Shown: piece by piece, positions 51,593-62,175 of the stretch
Layout: each line of letters starts with the position of its first letter
How positions within the stretch are numbered: the first letter of the stretch is position 1
NCBI GenBank assembly: GCA_051252135.1
Contig: JBPOGH010000013.1
Coordinates: 32,001 to 96,000, forward strand
Origin: Verrucomicrobiaceae bacterium
GTDB taxonomy: Bacteria > Verrucomicrobiota > Verrucomicrobiia > Verrucomicrobiales > Akkermansiaceae
Direction: 5' to 3'
DNA length: 64,000 nt
Notes under the pieces: generated by a model
Databases searched by the model: none
The model's input: only the letters and a program-made list of their open reading frames with translations
Told to the model about the DNA's origin: nothing
Position numbers and translations under genes: made by a program

Positions 51593-53410
51593 ATGAACAG
51601 ATTGCGTAGCGCCGGTCGCCCGATTCCCTTTCCCCTTCTCAGCCTGCTCCTTCCGCTGGCTACCGCTTTGTCATCTCCCGCAGCGGAGCACTGGGTGGAC
51701 TCGGATGATGACATCCGCTCTCTCGTGACCGCCGGCACGGTTCAGCCCGGAGACACCGTGATCTGGAGAAATGGCGTATACGATGGCATGGAGATCAACT
51801 TCAACTTCATGGGCACCGAATCAGCCAGGATCACTCTCCGCGCCGAAACCCCGGGCAGGGTGATTCTCAAAGGAAGCTCCTTCGTGAAGTTCGGAGGTGA
51901 CTATCTCACCGCCACCGGACTGGTCTTCTACAATGGCGATGACTACCTGCGTGACGTCCCGTCCGCTGCCGTCCAATTCCGGTCCAATAGCGGAAATCGA
52001 CATGCCCACTACTGCCGCCTCACCAATTGTGCCATCATCGACTTCAATTCCTGGGAACAGGATGTCGATGACGACGATGAAGACGGAGATCGCGAGGAGT
52101 TCATCTACGCCAACTCCAAATGGATTCAAATCTACGGCACCAACCACCGCGTGGATCACTGCCATTTCTCGAAGAAAATTGTCCGCGGCGCCCTCATCAT
52201 CACCGAGCTCGTGCCTCAGGATGGCGAAGAAGGAACACCTTACCCATCCTACAATCACCGCATCGATCACAATTTCTTTGGCCCGAATCCCATCGGCTTC
52301 AGTGGCAACGAATTCGAAACCATCCGTCTCGGGACCAGCGACTTCTCGAATTTCAATGGCAACATGATCGTGGAAAACAACCACTTCTACCATTGCGACG
52401 GCGAGATCGAGACCATCTCCAACAAGAGCTCCCACAACACCATCCGAAACAACATTCTTATCGGCTGCCAGGGATCGATCGTCTCACGCCATGGAGATTT
52501 CACCACCTTGGATGGCAATGTCATCCTCGGTCAGGGGATCGCCAACACCGGGGGAATCCGCATCAACGGAGAAGGGCATATTGTCACCAACAACTACGTC
52601 GCAGACACCATGGGCGACGGGCTTCGGGGCGCCCTGGTCCTGCGCGCCGCCGGCAGTGTCTCCTCAGCCGATACCAACGGCGGGTATGAACAGGTCCGCA
52701 ATGCCCTCATCGCTCACAACACCTTCGTCAACAACCGGCAGACCTGGAATCTCGGCGAACTCGGCTCAAAGGACAACAGCTTGGGAGCCAGAAACTGTCG
52801 CCTCGTCAATAACCTCGCCGTCGGCACAACCGGCCCCCTCATCTCCTGGGGCCGCGCACCCCAGGAAATGACCTACGAAAACAACATCGTATGGGGCGCC
52901 GATGCCGGACTCTCCCACGAGGGCATTCTCAACACGGATCCGGAACTCGAAGATCGCCCCAATGCCCTCCTCTCCCCCGGGGATTCCAGTCCCGCAAACG
53001 ATGGCGGCCTCGCAGTCGCATCCGTCGGTCTTGATATCGACGGTCAGGCCCGCTCCGCCTCCACCCCCGACATCGGTGCCGATGAAGTCTCTCCCAACCA
53101 CTCCTTGCTCGCCCCCATCGCACCCACCGGCGTGGGCCCCGATTGGCTGCCCGAAGGCAGCCCGTTTGATCTCAAAAATATCCGCCTCGAAGAAAATGGA
53201 GTCGTCGCCCTGGAATACCTCCGGGACAATCACTTCGGATACGGCTTCTACGGTTTCGAGGTTTCTTCGGACCTTAAGGAATGGGATGCCGCCACCCCCG
53301 TCTCGGTCGATGCCATCCTCAACGAAAACCTCCGCCAAACTCACGTAAGCGATGACCCTCAAACGGATCGCTTCTGGCGCCTCGTGTTCAAATCTCCCAC
53401 CGCGGAATAG
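51593..53410 (+). CDS. Polysaccharide lyase family 6 (chondroitinase B / alginate lyase-like beta-helix)
   Basis: PGDTVIWRNGVY, ITLRAETPGRV, NHRVDHCHF, ETIRLGTS, CDGEIETISNKS, RHGD, GGIRI. Confidence 0.88.
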   Translation: MNRLRSAGRPIPFPLLSLLLPLATALSSPAAEHWVDSDDDIRSLVTAGTVQPGDTVIWRNGVYDGMEINFNFMGTESARITLRAETPGRVILKGSSFVKFGGDYLTATGLVFYNGDDYLRDVPSAAVQFRSNSGNRHAHYCRLTNCAIIDFNSWEQDVDDDDEDGDREEFIYANSKWIQIYGTNHRVDHCHFSKKIVRGALIITELVPQDGEEGTPYPSYNHRIDHNFFGPNPIGFSGNEFETIRLGTSDFSNFNGNMIVENNHFYHCDGEIETISNKSSHNTIRNNILIGCQGSIVSRHGDFTTLDGNVILGQGIANTGGIRINGEGHIVTNNYVADTMGDGLRGALVLRAAGSVSSADTNGGYEQVRNALIAHNTFVNNRQTWNLGELGSKDNSLGARNCRLVNNLAVGTTGPLISWGRAPQEMTYENNIVWGADAGLSHEGILNTDPELEDRPNALLSPGDSSPANDGGLAVASVGLDIDGQARSASTPDIGADEVSPNHSLLAPIAPTGVGPDWLPEGSPFDLKNIRLEENGVVALEYLRDNHFGYGFYGFEVSSDLKEWDAATPVSVDAILNENLRQTHVSDDPQTDRFWRLVFKSPTAE

Positions 53411-53478
53411 TCCGATTCGCCGGATTCGTTGCCAACCTTTGTTCGACAAACCCGGTTCAGGGAAGAACGCTTGAGAGC

Positions 53479-53519
53479 AAAAAAAAGACACCCCGACGGC
53501 TCGACCGTCGGGGTGCTTT
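53479..53519. terminator. Bidirectional terminator between convergent genes
   Basis: A-tract-CACCCCGACGG-CTCGA-CCGTCGGGGTG-CTTT. Confidence 0.85.
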
Positions 53520-53543
53520 GAAAAGAGAGGTCTCTTTAACGGC

Positions 53544-54368
53544 CTATCGGCGGCGGCGCAGCGCCATCAGGGAACCGAGGGCCACCAGAATAGGTGCCGT
53601 GGGCTCAGGGATCGTGGGGTTGGTAAGATCGACCGAATTCGCACTCAGGTAGATGTCATCATAGTAGAGATTCGAATCAGCGGTTCCGCCGGCATTGCTC
53701 GCACCGCGAATGTAGAAGTTCACGATGTCGGTGGGTCCGTTAATCCGATAGTCAAAATTGTCGTCGGGGGTCGACGTCGCGAGTTTCGTCTGGGTCGCAA
53801 AAGTCGCATCGGTATCACTCTGGATGTAGAGTTCAAACGTTCCCGGATCGGTATTCGTCGTCACCATCCACATGTTATACCAGGTGGAATCTCCCAGCAG
53901 GGAAACCTGCTCGTAGGAACCACCGTTGCGGACGTCCATGTTGTTGGTGCCTGCGGGGATCGTGTTCCGAAGTCCGGACTTGAAGTTGAAGTTCGTAACC
54001 GCTGCGTTGTCGGTAAGAGCCACCACCGCATCCGTTGTGCCTCCAAGGGAGGAATCGGGCGTCCGGAATCGGTAAAACACCGTTCCGGTATTGCCGGCGG
54101 TGATATTGCCGCCACTGAATTGACCCCGAATCACCTGGTTGCCGGCCGTGCCGGCCAGCTTCAAGGCCGTGTTTGACGCATTACTCGGATCAACTTCGGC
54201 CGTGACCGTGCTGCCGCCGTCCCAAGTCACCCCGGCTCCCGTCGACCCATCCACCAAGGATCCAGGCGCGAGAGATTCAAAGTTATCAAGCAGCACCCAG
54301 GCTGACAGGTTGGATCCTACGCTGAGGCAGGTGATTGCGGCAGTGAGCGAAAATGGAGACAGTTTCAT
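53544..54368 (-). CDS. PEP-CTERM protein
   Basis: Signal peptide; IPEPTAPILVALGSLMALRRRR. Confidence 0.9.
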   Translation of the reverse strand: MKLSPFSLTAAITCLSVGSNLSAWVLLDNFESLAPGSLVDGSTGAGVTWDGGSTVTAEVDPSNASNTALKLAGTAGNQVIRGQFSGGNITAGNTGTVFYRFRTPDSSLGGTTDAVVALTDNAAVTNFNFKSGLRNTIPAGTNNMDVRNGGSYEQVSLLGDSTWYNMWMVTTNTDPGTFELYIQSDTDATFATQTKLATSTPDDNFDYRINGPTDIVNFYIRGASNAGGTADSNLYYDDIYLSANSVDLTNPTIPEPTAPILVALGSLMALRRRR

Positions 54369-54547
54369 GGATTTTGGATGTATCGATGTTCATTGAGGCG
54401 CAAATCAAAGTCACGAAGAGCACCTATTAGGGGAAACTTCGAATTATTTGACGGGAGATGTCCAGCACAAACCCCCGCAATTGCATAAAAAAGGACATTT
54501 CCCCCCGTCACCGCCCCTCTCAAATCCGCCACTCCCCTCAAACCTCA

Positions 54548-56113
54548 TCATTTCTGCCCGGATCCCACCCTCCCCGACTTCATCGGCGGAGCCTCGTAGT
54601 ACTCCCGCAACCGATGAAACTCTTTCTTCAGCGCCGCCTGCACCTCCGCAGACTCCGGATCGCCATAAACGCTCTTCATTTCCTGCGGATCCTTGATCAA
54701 ATCAAACATCTGCCACTCATCGGTCCCCGGAAGGTAAAAGAGTTTGTGGGTCGCCGTCCGCACCCCGAAGTGCTGCGGCACATTGTGCTCACCGTGCTCA
54801 TAGTAGGAATAGTAGACCGATTTCCGCCAGTCCTTCGCCCCGCCCCTGAGCACCGGCACCATCGATCGACCCTGGACTTCCGCAGGCACCGGCACCCCCG
54901 CAGCCTCCAGAAAGGTCGGAGCGTAGTCGATATTCTGAATCATCTCCTTGGGACGCGCTCCCGCCCGCGTCACCCCCGGCCACCGGATCACAAAAGGCAT
55001 CTTGAAGGACTCCTCAAACATCCACCGCTTGTCATACCAACCATGCTCCCCGAGGTAGAACCCCTGATCCGAGGCATAGACCACGATCGTGTCCTCAGCC
55101 AAACCCTTCTCATCCAGATAATCCAGCATCCGCCCCACACTCTCATCCACCGCCTTCACCGTTCCCAAATAGTTCTTCATGTAGCGCTGATACTTCCACC
55201 GCACAATCTCCTCATCACTCATCTTCCCCACCCGCTTGAGAAAGGCCTCATTCTCCGGTCCGAAGTGCGCATCCCACTCCTTCTTTTGCGCCTCATTCAT
55301 CCGCCCATACTCCACCGGTCCGTAACGATCCGGCCCCGGCAATTCCACCCCGTCGCGTTCATCCTTCCGCACCTTCGCATCATAGGACCAATGGAAATGC
55401 CGATCGATTTCCATCTCGTTCTTCGCCAGCGTCCCACTCCGGTTCCCGTAATCATCAAAGAGCGAGGGAGGCTCGGGAATCGTCACTCCGTCGAAGCTCT
55501 TTAAATGACGCAACGCCGGCGCGAAGGTCCGGTGAGGCGCCTTATGCTGACACATCAGAAAAAACGGCTTCTCCTCGTCCCGCCCGTCAAGCCACTCAAT
55601 CGCCTTCTCCGTCGTGATGTCCGTGCAATAACCCGTAAACTGCTTGCTGCTCCCGTCCATCTGCTGAAACACCGGATTGTAATAACTCCCCTGCCCCGGA
55701 AGAATCTCCCAATAATCAAAACCCACCGGGTCTGAAACCAGGTGCCACTTCCCCAGCACCGCCGTCTCGTAGCCCGCCCCCTGCAGCGCCTTCGCCAGGG
55801 TCCACTGCGATTGATCCAGCCCCGTCCTCGAATTCCGGAGAAACCCGTTCTTGTGACTGTGCTTCCCCGTCAAAATTGTCGCCCGCGAAGGCCCGCAAAT
55901 CGAATTCCCGCAAAAGGAATTCTCAAAGATCGCCCCGCCCGCCGCCAACCGGTCAATATGCGGCGTCGGCGCCACCTCCGCCAAATCCCCCCCATAAGCA
56001 GAGATCGACCTCAGCGCATGATCATCCGAAAAAAGAAACAGAATATTCGGCCGCTTCCCCTCCGCCATCGAAAGCGCCCCAAAAACAACCAGCGTAAAAA
56101 CAAAACCCTTCAT
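54548..56113 (-). CDS. Sulfatase (mucin-desulfating / GlcNAc-6-sulfatase-like)
   Basis: NILFLFSDDH, CGPSRATILTG, GKWHL, HKAPH, DQGFYLGEHGWYDKRW. Confidence 0.93.
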   Translation of the reverse strand: MKGFVFTLVVFGALSMAEGKRPNILFLFSDDHALRSISAYGGDLAEVAPTPHIDRLAAGGAIFENSFCGNSICGPSRATILTGKHSHKNGFLRNSRTGLDQSQWTLAKALQGAGYETAVLGKWHLVSDPVGFDYWEILPGQGSYYNPVFQQMDGSSKQFTGYCTDITTEKAIEWLDGRDEEKPFFLMCQHKAPHRTFAPALRHLKSFDGVTIPEPPSLFDDYGNRSGTLAKNEMEIDRHFHWSYDAKVRKDERDGVELPGPDRYGPVEYGRMNEAQKKEWDAHFGPENEAFLKRVGKMSDEEIVRWKYQRYMKNYLGTVKAVDESVGRMLDYLDEKGLAEDTIVVYASDQGFYLGEHGWYDKRWMFEESFKMPFVIRWPGVTRAGARPKEMIQNIDYAPTFLEAAGVPVPAEVQGRSMVPVLRGGAKDWRKSVYYSYYEHGEHNVPQHFGVRTATHKLFYLPGTDEWQMFDLIKDPQEMKSVYGDPESAEVQAALKKEFHRLREYYEAPPMKSGRVGSGQK

Positions 56114-56244
56114 CACCCTCCCCCCTCTCTACAGATCCCAAAGTCTCCCGAGAAGGCGTTTCTTCCGATCCTCCTTCAACAGCGGTCTGGGAATGGGGCT
56201 GCGACTCCCCCGCTGCCGATCAACTGACCGTTCATCATGTTCAC

Positions 56245-56273
56245 AAAAAAGGAGGGGATAAATCCCCTCCTTT
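56245..56273 (-). terminator. nrdA terminator
   Basis: AAAAAAGGAGGGGAT-AA-ATCCCCTCCTTT. Confidence 0.85.
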
Positions 56274-56298
56274 AAGAAACCAATTAATCAGATCGAAT

Positions 56299-59200
56299 CT
56301 ACTGGCACGCCTCGCACTCCCCGCCATTCATCATGGCGTCGATGCTGCATGCCTGCACCTGCTCCGGCGTGAACTCCTTCTTCGCGTTGCCGCTTCCGCT
56401 GCCAACGGTCGATTTCTCGATGTCGCTGGCTTGACGGGTGCGGAGGTAGTAGGTCGTTTTCAGACCGGTGTGCCACGCGTGACGATACATGTGGCTCAGG
56501 CTCTTCATGTCCGGCTTGGCCAGGAAAAGGTTCACCGACTGTGATTGGTCGATCCACTTCTGGCGACGTGCGGCCGCATCGATAATCGCTTCGTAGCCTA
56601 CTTCGAAGACCGTCTTGTGCTTCGCCTTAAGGTGTTCGGGGATGCCTTCGATATCAGCAAGCTCACCATTGAAGTATTTCAACTGGTCGATCATTTCCGG
56701 ACTCCAGAGACCTTCCTTCTTGAGGTCGTTCACCAGAACCGGGTTGAGGACCGTGAAGTCACCACCGAGGTTACTCTTCACAAAGAGGTTGGTGTAATTC
56801 GGCTCGATACACGGCGTGGTGCCCATGATGTTCGAGATCGTCGCCGTCGGCGCAATCGCTAGCACGTTGGAGTTCCGCATCCCGTGCTGCGCAATGCTCT
56901 CACGCACCGGGCGCCAGTCCATCTTGCCACCACGGGGGACTTCCACCTTGGCGCCACGCTCGTCCTCAAGGAGGTCGACCGTATCCTGGGGAAGAATCCC
57001 ACGATCCCACTTGGAACCCTTGTAGGAATTGTAGGTCCCACGCTCTCCCGCCAGCTCGCTGCTCGCACCATAAGCGTAGTAGGCAATCGCCTCCATGAAC
57101 TCGTCATTGAAATCAACCGCTGCCTCGGAGGCAAATTCGTAGCCCTTCTTAAAGAGGGCATTCTGAAGTCCCATGATCCCAAGCCCAATCGGGCGGTGAC
57201 GCGAGTTCGCCGTCTTGGCGGCATCGGTCGGATAAAAGTTGATATCGATCACGTTATCGAGCGCACGAATCGCAACCGTCACCGTCTCGCGGAGCATGTC
57301 GTGATCAAGTGCGCCATCCTGGGTGATGTGCGTATCAAGAACCACCGAACCCAGGTTGCACACCGCCGTCTCTTCATCCGAGGTGTTGAGAGTAATCTCG
57401 GTGCAGAGGTTGCTGGAGTGGATGACACCGGCGTGATCCTGCGGGGAACGGAGGTTGCAAGGGTCCTTGAAAGTGATCCAGGGATGGCCGGTCTCAAAGA
57501 TCATCTTGAGCATCTTCTTCCAAAGGTCGATCGCCTCAACCTTCTTACCCCAAATCTTGCCCTCTTCGGCCATCTTCTCGTATTCCGCATAACGCTGCTC
57601 GAAGGCCTTGCCAAAGAGATCGTGAAGATCGGGAGTCTGGTTGGCACGGAAGAGCGTCCAGGACTGCCGGGCTTCCATGCGCTTCATGAAAAGATCGGGC
57701 ACCCAGTTCGCGGTGTTCATGTCGTGCGCGCGCCGGCGCTCGTCACCGGTGTTCACGCGGAGCTCAAGGAAGTCCTCAATGTCGTTGTGCCAGGTCTCAA
57801 GATAGGCACATCCGGAGCCACGACGCTTGCCACCTTGGTTCACCGCAACAAGCTGGTCATTGTGCAGCTTGAGGAAAGGAATGATGCCCTGTGACTCCCC
57901 GTTGGTGCCCTGAATGTAACCACCGGTTCCACGCACCGCGGTCCAGGAACCTCCAAGGCCACCGGCCCACTTGGAAAGGAAGGCATTCTCCGCGATGCCC
58001 CGGATCATGATCGACTCAATGGAGTCGTCCACCTTGTAGAGGTAGCAGGAGGAAAGTTGGGAATGCAGCGTGCCGGAATTAAAGAGCGTCGGCGTGGATG
58101 AGCAGAAACGGCGTCCCTTGTAGAGATTGTAGAGGCGGATCACCCAGTCCTCGGCGTCATGCTTCTCCGCCTTGAAAAGTCCCATCGAGACACGCATCCA
58201 GAAAAACTGCGGCGTTTCCATCCTGCGGGGTTTATCGCCCGTCTTATCAACCTGCAGATAGCGGTCGTAAAGGGTCTGGATACCGAGGAACTCAAAGTCG
58301 AGGTCGGCCGAGGGGTCCAGCGCGTCCGCAAGTCGATCGAGGTCATACTTGTCGAGAATGTCCTGACTGATCCGCTTAATCTCAACGCCGTGCTTAAGAT
58401 AGGATTTGAAATTCTGCTTGTGGGCATCTTTCAGACGCTCCACTCCATCGGTCTGGATATTCCAGGGAAGGACTTCTTCGTAAATGTAGGAAAGGAGAAT
58501 CCGTCCCGCAAACTTGGACATGTCCGCATCCTGTTCGAGGAGGGTTTTGGAATTGAGAATGATCGTCTGCTTCAGGTCCTCCGCAGTGATCTCGGCACCG
58601 ATGGAGCGGCGAAGTTCACGCTCGATGTCTTCTTCGCTGACCGAAAGCTTGAGCCCGATCATCGCAAACTGAATCCGCTTCTTTAGTTCGGTCCCATCCC
58701 AGAAGGCGCTCGTGCCATCAGGCTGAACCACCACCACCATCGATTCCTGGTTTGGATCCTCGGGAACGAGTGCTTCCTCCTCACGCTGACGGGACCGCTC
58801 GGCACGATAAAGAATGTAGGACTCGGCTACCTTGAAATGACCAAGGCGCATCAGCTCTTCCTGCACAATGTCCTGCACATCTTCGATATGGACAAAGGCT
58901 TCGTCACCACCGCGAACACGCTCGGTCACGGCATGGGCCACCTCGTGGGCCACCGCGGAGTTCTCCTTGAGCGAAAGACACGTGCGGGAAACCGCCTGCT
59001 CAATCTTGGTCTCGGACCAGGGGACAACGTTCCCGTTACGACGAATCAGGCGCACCGGCATCGCGTGCGGTTCCTCGTCCACCACAATCTCGCCATTGCG
59101 CTCAAGGGAACGCTTGAAGACAAGGGACTTCGCAACGTCATGCGCGTCGTTCTCGATCAGCGCCTTTTCAATGAGCAGGTAGAGATCGTTCTGCGAAAGT

Positions 59201-59544
59201 TTGAGCTGCCCCCCCCGCTGCACTTCACGCATGAGTGAGGCGGATACCCGCGTCGCCACCGCGGAAACGAAGGACTGGTTCTTGTCGGAAAAAATGCTGT
59301 CCTCCGGCTCATTGCGGGAAATAAGGAGGTTTGCGAGAGATTCCCCGATCGCCTCAGCTACCGAGGAAAGCGAGAAGGACTCCTCGGCTCCACCACGGGT
59401 GATGGTGATCTCGGGCACCGGAGCCCGATGCTCCATGGCCAGAATGTCACGCCACGCATAAGGGCTGGCTTCGGTTTGGGAGGAGCGGGTGGCGACGACT
59501 TCTTTGAGTGCCAAATCTTCGGCGAGAGTGATGGGGCGATACAT
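56299..59544 (-). CDS. nrdA: Ribonucleotide reductase alpha subunit with multiple N-terminal ATP cones
   Basis: STPTLFNSG, LSSCY, SSNLCTEI, AVCNLGS, AIAPTATIS, LKTTYYLR, C-terminal CEACQ. Confidence 0.97.
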   Translation of the reverse strand: MYRPITLAEDLALKEVVATRSSQTEASPYAWRDILAMEHRAPVPEITITRGGAEESFSLSSVAEAIGESLANLLISRNEPEDSIFSDKNQSFVSAVATRVSASLMREVQRGGQLKLSQNDLYLLIEKALIENDAHDVAKSLVFKRSLERNGEIVVDEEPHAMPVRLIRRNGNVVPWSETKIEQAVSRTCLSLKENSAVAHEVAHAVTERVRGGDEAFVHIEDVQDIVQEELMRLGHFKVAESYILYRAERSRQREEEALVPEDPNQESMVVVVQPDGTSAFWDGTELKKRIQFAMIGLKLSVSEEDIERELRRSIGAEITAEDLKQTIILNSKTLLEQDADMSKFAGRILLSYIYEEVLPWNIQTDGVERLKDAHKQNFKSYLKHGVEIKRISQDILDKYDLDRLADALDPSADLDFEFLGIQTLYDRYLQVDKTGDKPRRMETPQFFWMRVSMGLFKAEKHDAEDWVIRLYNLYKGRRFCSSTPTLFNSGTLHSQLSSCYLYKVDDSIESIMIRGIAENAFLSKWAGGLGGSWTAVRGTGGYIQGTNGESQGIIPFLKLHNDQLVAVNQGGKRRGSGCAYLETWHNDIEDFLELRVNTGDERRRAHDMNTANWVPDLFMKRMEARQSWTLFRANQTPDLHDLFGKAFEQRYAEYEKMAEEGKIWGKKVEAIDLWKKMLKMIFETGHPWITFKDPCNLRSPQDHAGVIHSSNLCTEITLNTSDEETAVCNLGSVVLDTHITQDGALDHDMLRETVTVAIRALDNVIDINFYPTDAAKTANSRHRPIGLGIMGLQNALFKKGYEFASEAAVDFNDEFMEAIAYYAYGASSELAGERGTYNSYKGSKWDRGILPQDTVDLLEDERGAKVEVPRGGKMDWRPVRESIAQHGMRNSNVLAIAPTATISNIMGTTPCIEPNYTNLFVKSNLGGDFTVLNPVLVNDLKKEGLWSPEMIDQLKYFNGELADIEGIPEHLKAKHKTVFEVGYEAIIDAAARRQKWIDQSQSVNLFLAKPDMKSLSHMYRHAWHTGLKTTYYLRTRQASDIEKSTVGSGSGNAKKEFTPEQVQACSIDAMMNGGECEACQ

Positions 59545-59688
59545 GGGATGCTGAATTAAAATTTAAGGGTAAACGCGGGGGGCTATTGAATATTGATATT
59601 GGTCGGTCCTTTCGGGCCACAGTTTGGTCTTGATAGTGAGAAAAGAATCTTGGCCTGATGAGAACCTCAGGCCTGAACCCTGGTTGAA

Positions 59689-60783
59689 CTAGAGATCGTC
59701 GTCGGTGTATCCGTTATCCTCCAAAACAGAGGATTTTTGATACTCGGTGACTTTCCCTTCGAAGAAATTTTGTTCCTTCTTAAGATCGATGGCCTCGGAC
59801 AGCCATGGGAAGGGATTGTTGGTCTGGCCGGTGAGGGGTTCGAGGTGGCAATTCACGAGACGCCGGTCCGCGATGTAATCAATGTATTGCTCGAACTCCA
59901 CGGCTGACAGCCCGACGGCGCCCACCGGCAAACAGTCCCGGATGAACTCTTTCTCAAGGCGAACGCCTTCGGCCATCGTCTGCCGGAGATCCTCCTTGAA
60001 TTCCCTCGTCATGATGTCGGGGTTCTCGGTGATCAGTGAATTCAGCAAATTGCGGAAGACTTCGATGTGGTTTGATTCATCCCGCAAGGTGTAGCGGAAC
60101 ATCTGACCAATGCCCGGAAACTTGTTCTGGCGATACAGGCTTAGAATCATTCCAAAAAGACCGTAGAACTGGGTTCCTTCCATCACCTGACCAAAGAGGA
60201 AAATGTTCTTCGCCAGGGCCTGCTTGTTCTCCAGAACGGTGAGATCGAGATCGCGGCGAAGGCCTCTTGAATTGCTCACCACAAAGTTGTTTTTCGCCGT
60301 GATCGAGGGGACATCCTCAAACATCGCCTCGCACTCGTGCGGATTGAGACCAAGGGAGGAAATCATGTAAACCAGCGAGTCGGCGTGGATATTTTCCTCA
60401 TGGGCATGGCGGCCCAGAACCAGTTTCAGCTCGGGAGCCGTCATGAGTTCGCGCACCACGTGAATGATGTTGTCTCCCACAATCCCCTCGGCAGCCGAAA
60501 AGTATCCAATCCCCATCTTGATGATCCAACGCTCGACATCGGAAATTTCATCGCCACGCCACTGCTCGACATCCTTCTGCATCTGGATGTCTTCAGGCTC
60601 CCAGTGGTTGCCTTTCATCGTTTTGTAGAGGTCATACGCCCACTGGTATTTCAGCGGGAGAATGTTGAAGAACATCGTATCCTTACCATTGATGACCTTT
60701 TTGGACGCAAATGCGGCCTCGGCTTTCTCCTTATCGAGAATAAATGTGCGGTCTCCAAGGGTGATGGTGGTGGTGTCGGACAT
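59689..60783 (-). CDS. nrdB: Ribonucleotide reductase beta subunit, class Ic-like
   Basis: HWEPEDI, FSAAEGIV, EENIHADSL, EGTQFY, RDESNH, NFFEGKVTEYQ. Confidence 0.95.
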   Translation of the reverse strand: MSDTTTITLGDRTFILDKEKAEAAFASKKVINGKDTMFFNILPLKYQWAYDLYKTMKGNHWEPEDIQMQKDVEQWRGDEISDVERWIIKMGIGYFSAAEGIVGDNIIHVVRELMTAPELKLVLGRHAHEENIHADSLVYMISSLGLNPHECEAMFEDVPSITAKNNFVVSNSRGLRRDLDLTVLENKQALAKNIFLFGQVMEGTQFYGLFGMILSLYRQNKFPGIGQMFRYTLRDESNHIEVFRNLLNSLITENPDIMTREFKEDLRQTMAEGVRLEKEFIRDCLPVGAVGLSAVEFEQYIDYIADRRLVNCHLEPLTGQTNNPFPWLSEAIDLKKEQNFFEGKVTEYQKSSVLEDNGYTDDDL

Positions 60784-60906
60784 GGGCGGATTTTTCAGTA
60801 TTCGGGGGGAAAAATGAGTGTCTTTTGCGGCATCTTCTTCGGTAACATCGAATTAGCGCAACAGCCCCGAAGCTACCTCAAAGCCTCCTTGTTGGACAAG
60901 TCCCTT

Positions 60907-60954
60907 TTTGCTCATATGGTATCAACAAATTATTCACAATACCACATGTTGTGC
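60907..60954. promoter_or_regulatory. NrdR box(es) upstream of nrdBA
   Basis: ATACCACATGTTGTGC (60939-60954) fits acaCwAtATaTwGtgt; a weaker site at 60907-60922 lies 32 bp away, the usual tandem spacing. Confidence 0.65.
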
Positions 60955-61348
60955 TTGTGTCGGATGTCCAACATTTCGACCTTTCCGAGAAACTCAGCCG
61001 GATTCCACGCTCTCACAAGGCAAACAGCGGTTTTCGATTTCTCCGCGAAGGGCACAATCCGTCCGCCACTTGCGCTCGAAAAAAAATGAACAAATTTCCA
61101 AAGATGCTTCGGGTATCCGTATTTTTAAAATTTAAGGCCAACTCCGGATCAATCGCCCGCCAATAGGGCTAGATTTCCCCTTGTTGCATACTTTTGAAGT
61201 GTAAAATTTGAGATTTCAGGCCCGTTTCACCGCTCCCTCCCAACCCATCCGGACCCCACTTGCAATCCCCATTGAAAGACCCTGGCCATTTTATGGGTAA
61301 CCTTCGGGAATGTCCGGTCAGTGACACCCTTCTGGATTGATCATTCCA

Positions 61349-62164
61349 ATGAAAACAGCCCTCCTGATTCTTGGCTCAGCCCTGATCCTTCATGGGTCAG
61401 ACACCGTCTTCGTCGAAAAAGGAGGGGTCGTCGCAATCGAAGCCGAGTCGACCGAATCCAGCCTGAAACGTTGGAAAAAAAAGACCGACGTCGCCGATTT
61501 CAGCGGCGAATGCCACCTCGAATTCACAGGCAACAAGCCGGAATCCGGGCCACCCGAATCTCCGCTAAAATACCACTTCAAGGTCAACAAACCGGGCAAT
61601 TACCAACTCACCATCAGAGCCCGTAAACGCCTGGAAACAAAGCGCTCGGACATCTCAAATGATTGCTACGTCGCTCTCAAGGGCGACTTCGAATCAGGCG
61701 GCAAAGCTCCCCTCAAAATCCTCAAAACGGACACAAAGATCTTCGGAGGAAATGCCGATGACTGGGGATGGGCCGGCACCCTGGATTTCGATCACAAAAA
61801 GGAACCCGCCATCTACACTCTCGTCCCCGGCGAGATTTATCAGCTCACCATCTCCGGACGTTCCCAAAACTTCAACTTCGATCGCTTCCTCCTCGTTCAT
61901 GAGTCCGAAAACCTCCGCGACTTGCAGCGCAAAAACCCACCCGAAAGCAAATCCGAAGGCGGGAGCAGCGATGGCGGACTCCTCCCCACCTACCCTCCAC
62001 GCACCCTCACCAACAAGGATGGCGTCGCCATCGAGGTGAAGCTTGTCGAAAAAAAGGGCGAACGCATCATCGTCATCTTCAAAGGACGCCGCATCGAAAT
62101 TGAAATCGCCACCCTCTCTGACGAAGATCGCAAATTCCTTAAAGAATGGCAGGGCGTCAAATAA
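61349..62164 (+). CDS. Secreted hypothetical protein (CBM-like jelly-roll + SHD1-like C-terminal domain)
   Basis: Signal peptide; GVVAIEAES; ISGRSQNFNFDRFLL; RTLTNKDG.AIE.KL...IEIATLSDEDRKFL. Confidence 0.72.
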   Translation: MKTALLILGSALILHGSDTVFVEKGGVVAIEAESTESSLKRWKKKTDVADFSGECHLEFTGNKPESGPPESPLKYHFKVNKPGNYQLTIRARKRLETKRSDISNDCYVALKGDFESGGKAPLKILKTDTKIFGGNADDWGWAGTLDFDHKKEPAIYTLVPGEIYQLTISGRSQNFNFDRFLLVHESENLRDLQRKNPPESKSEGGSSDGGLLPTYPPRTLTNKDGVAIEVKLVEKKGERIIVIFKGRRIEIEIATLSDEDRKFLKEWQGVK

Positions 62165-62175
62165 CGCTCCCGGCC

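Noticed and set aside
56175..56220. Possible structured RNA upstream of the sulfatase (CAGCGG...CCGCTG)
   Set aside because: Only a weak single stem, with no recognisable riboswitch or tRNA features.
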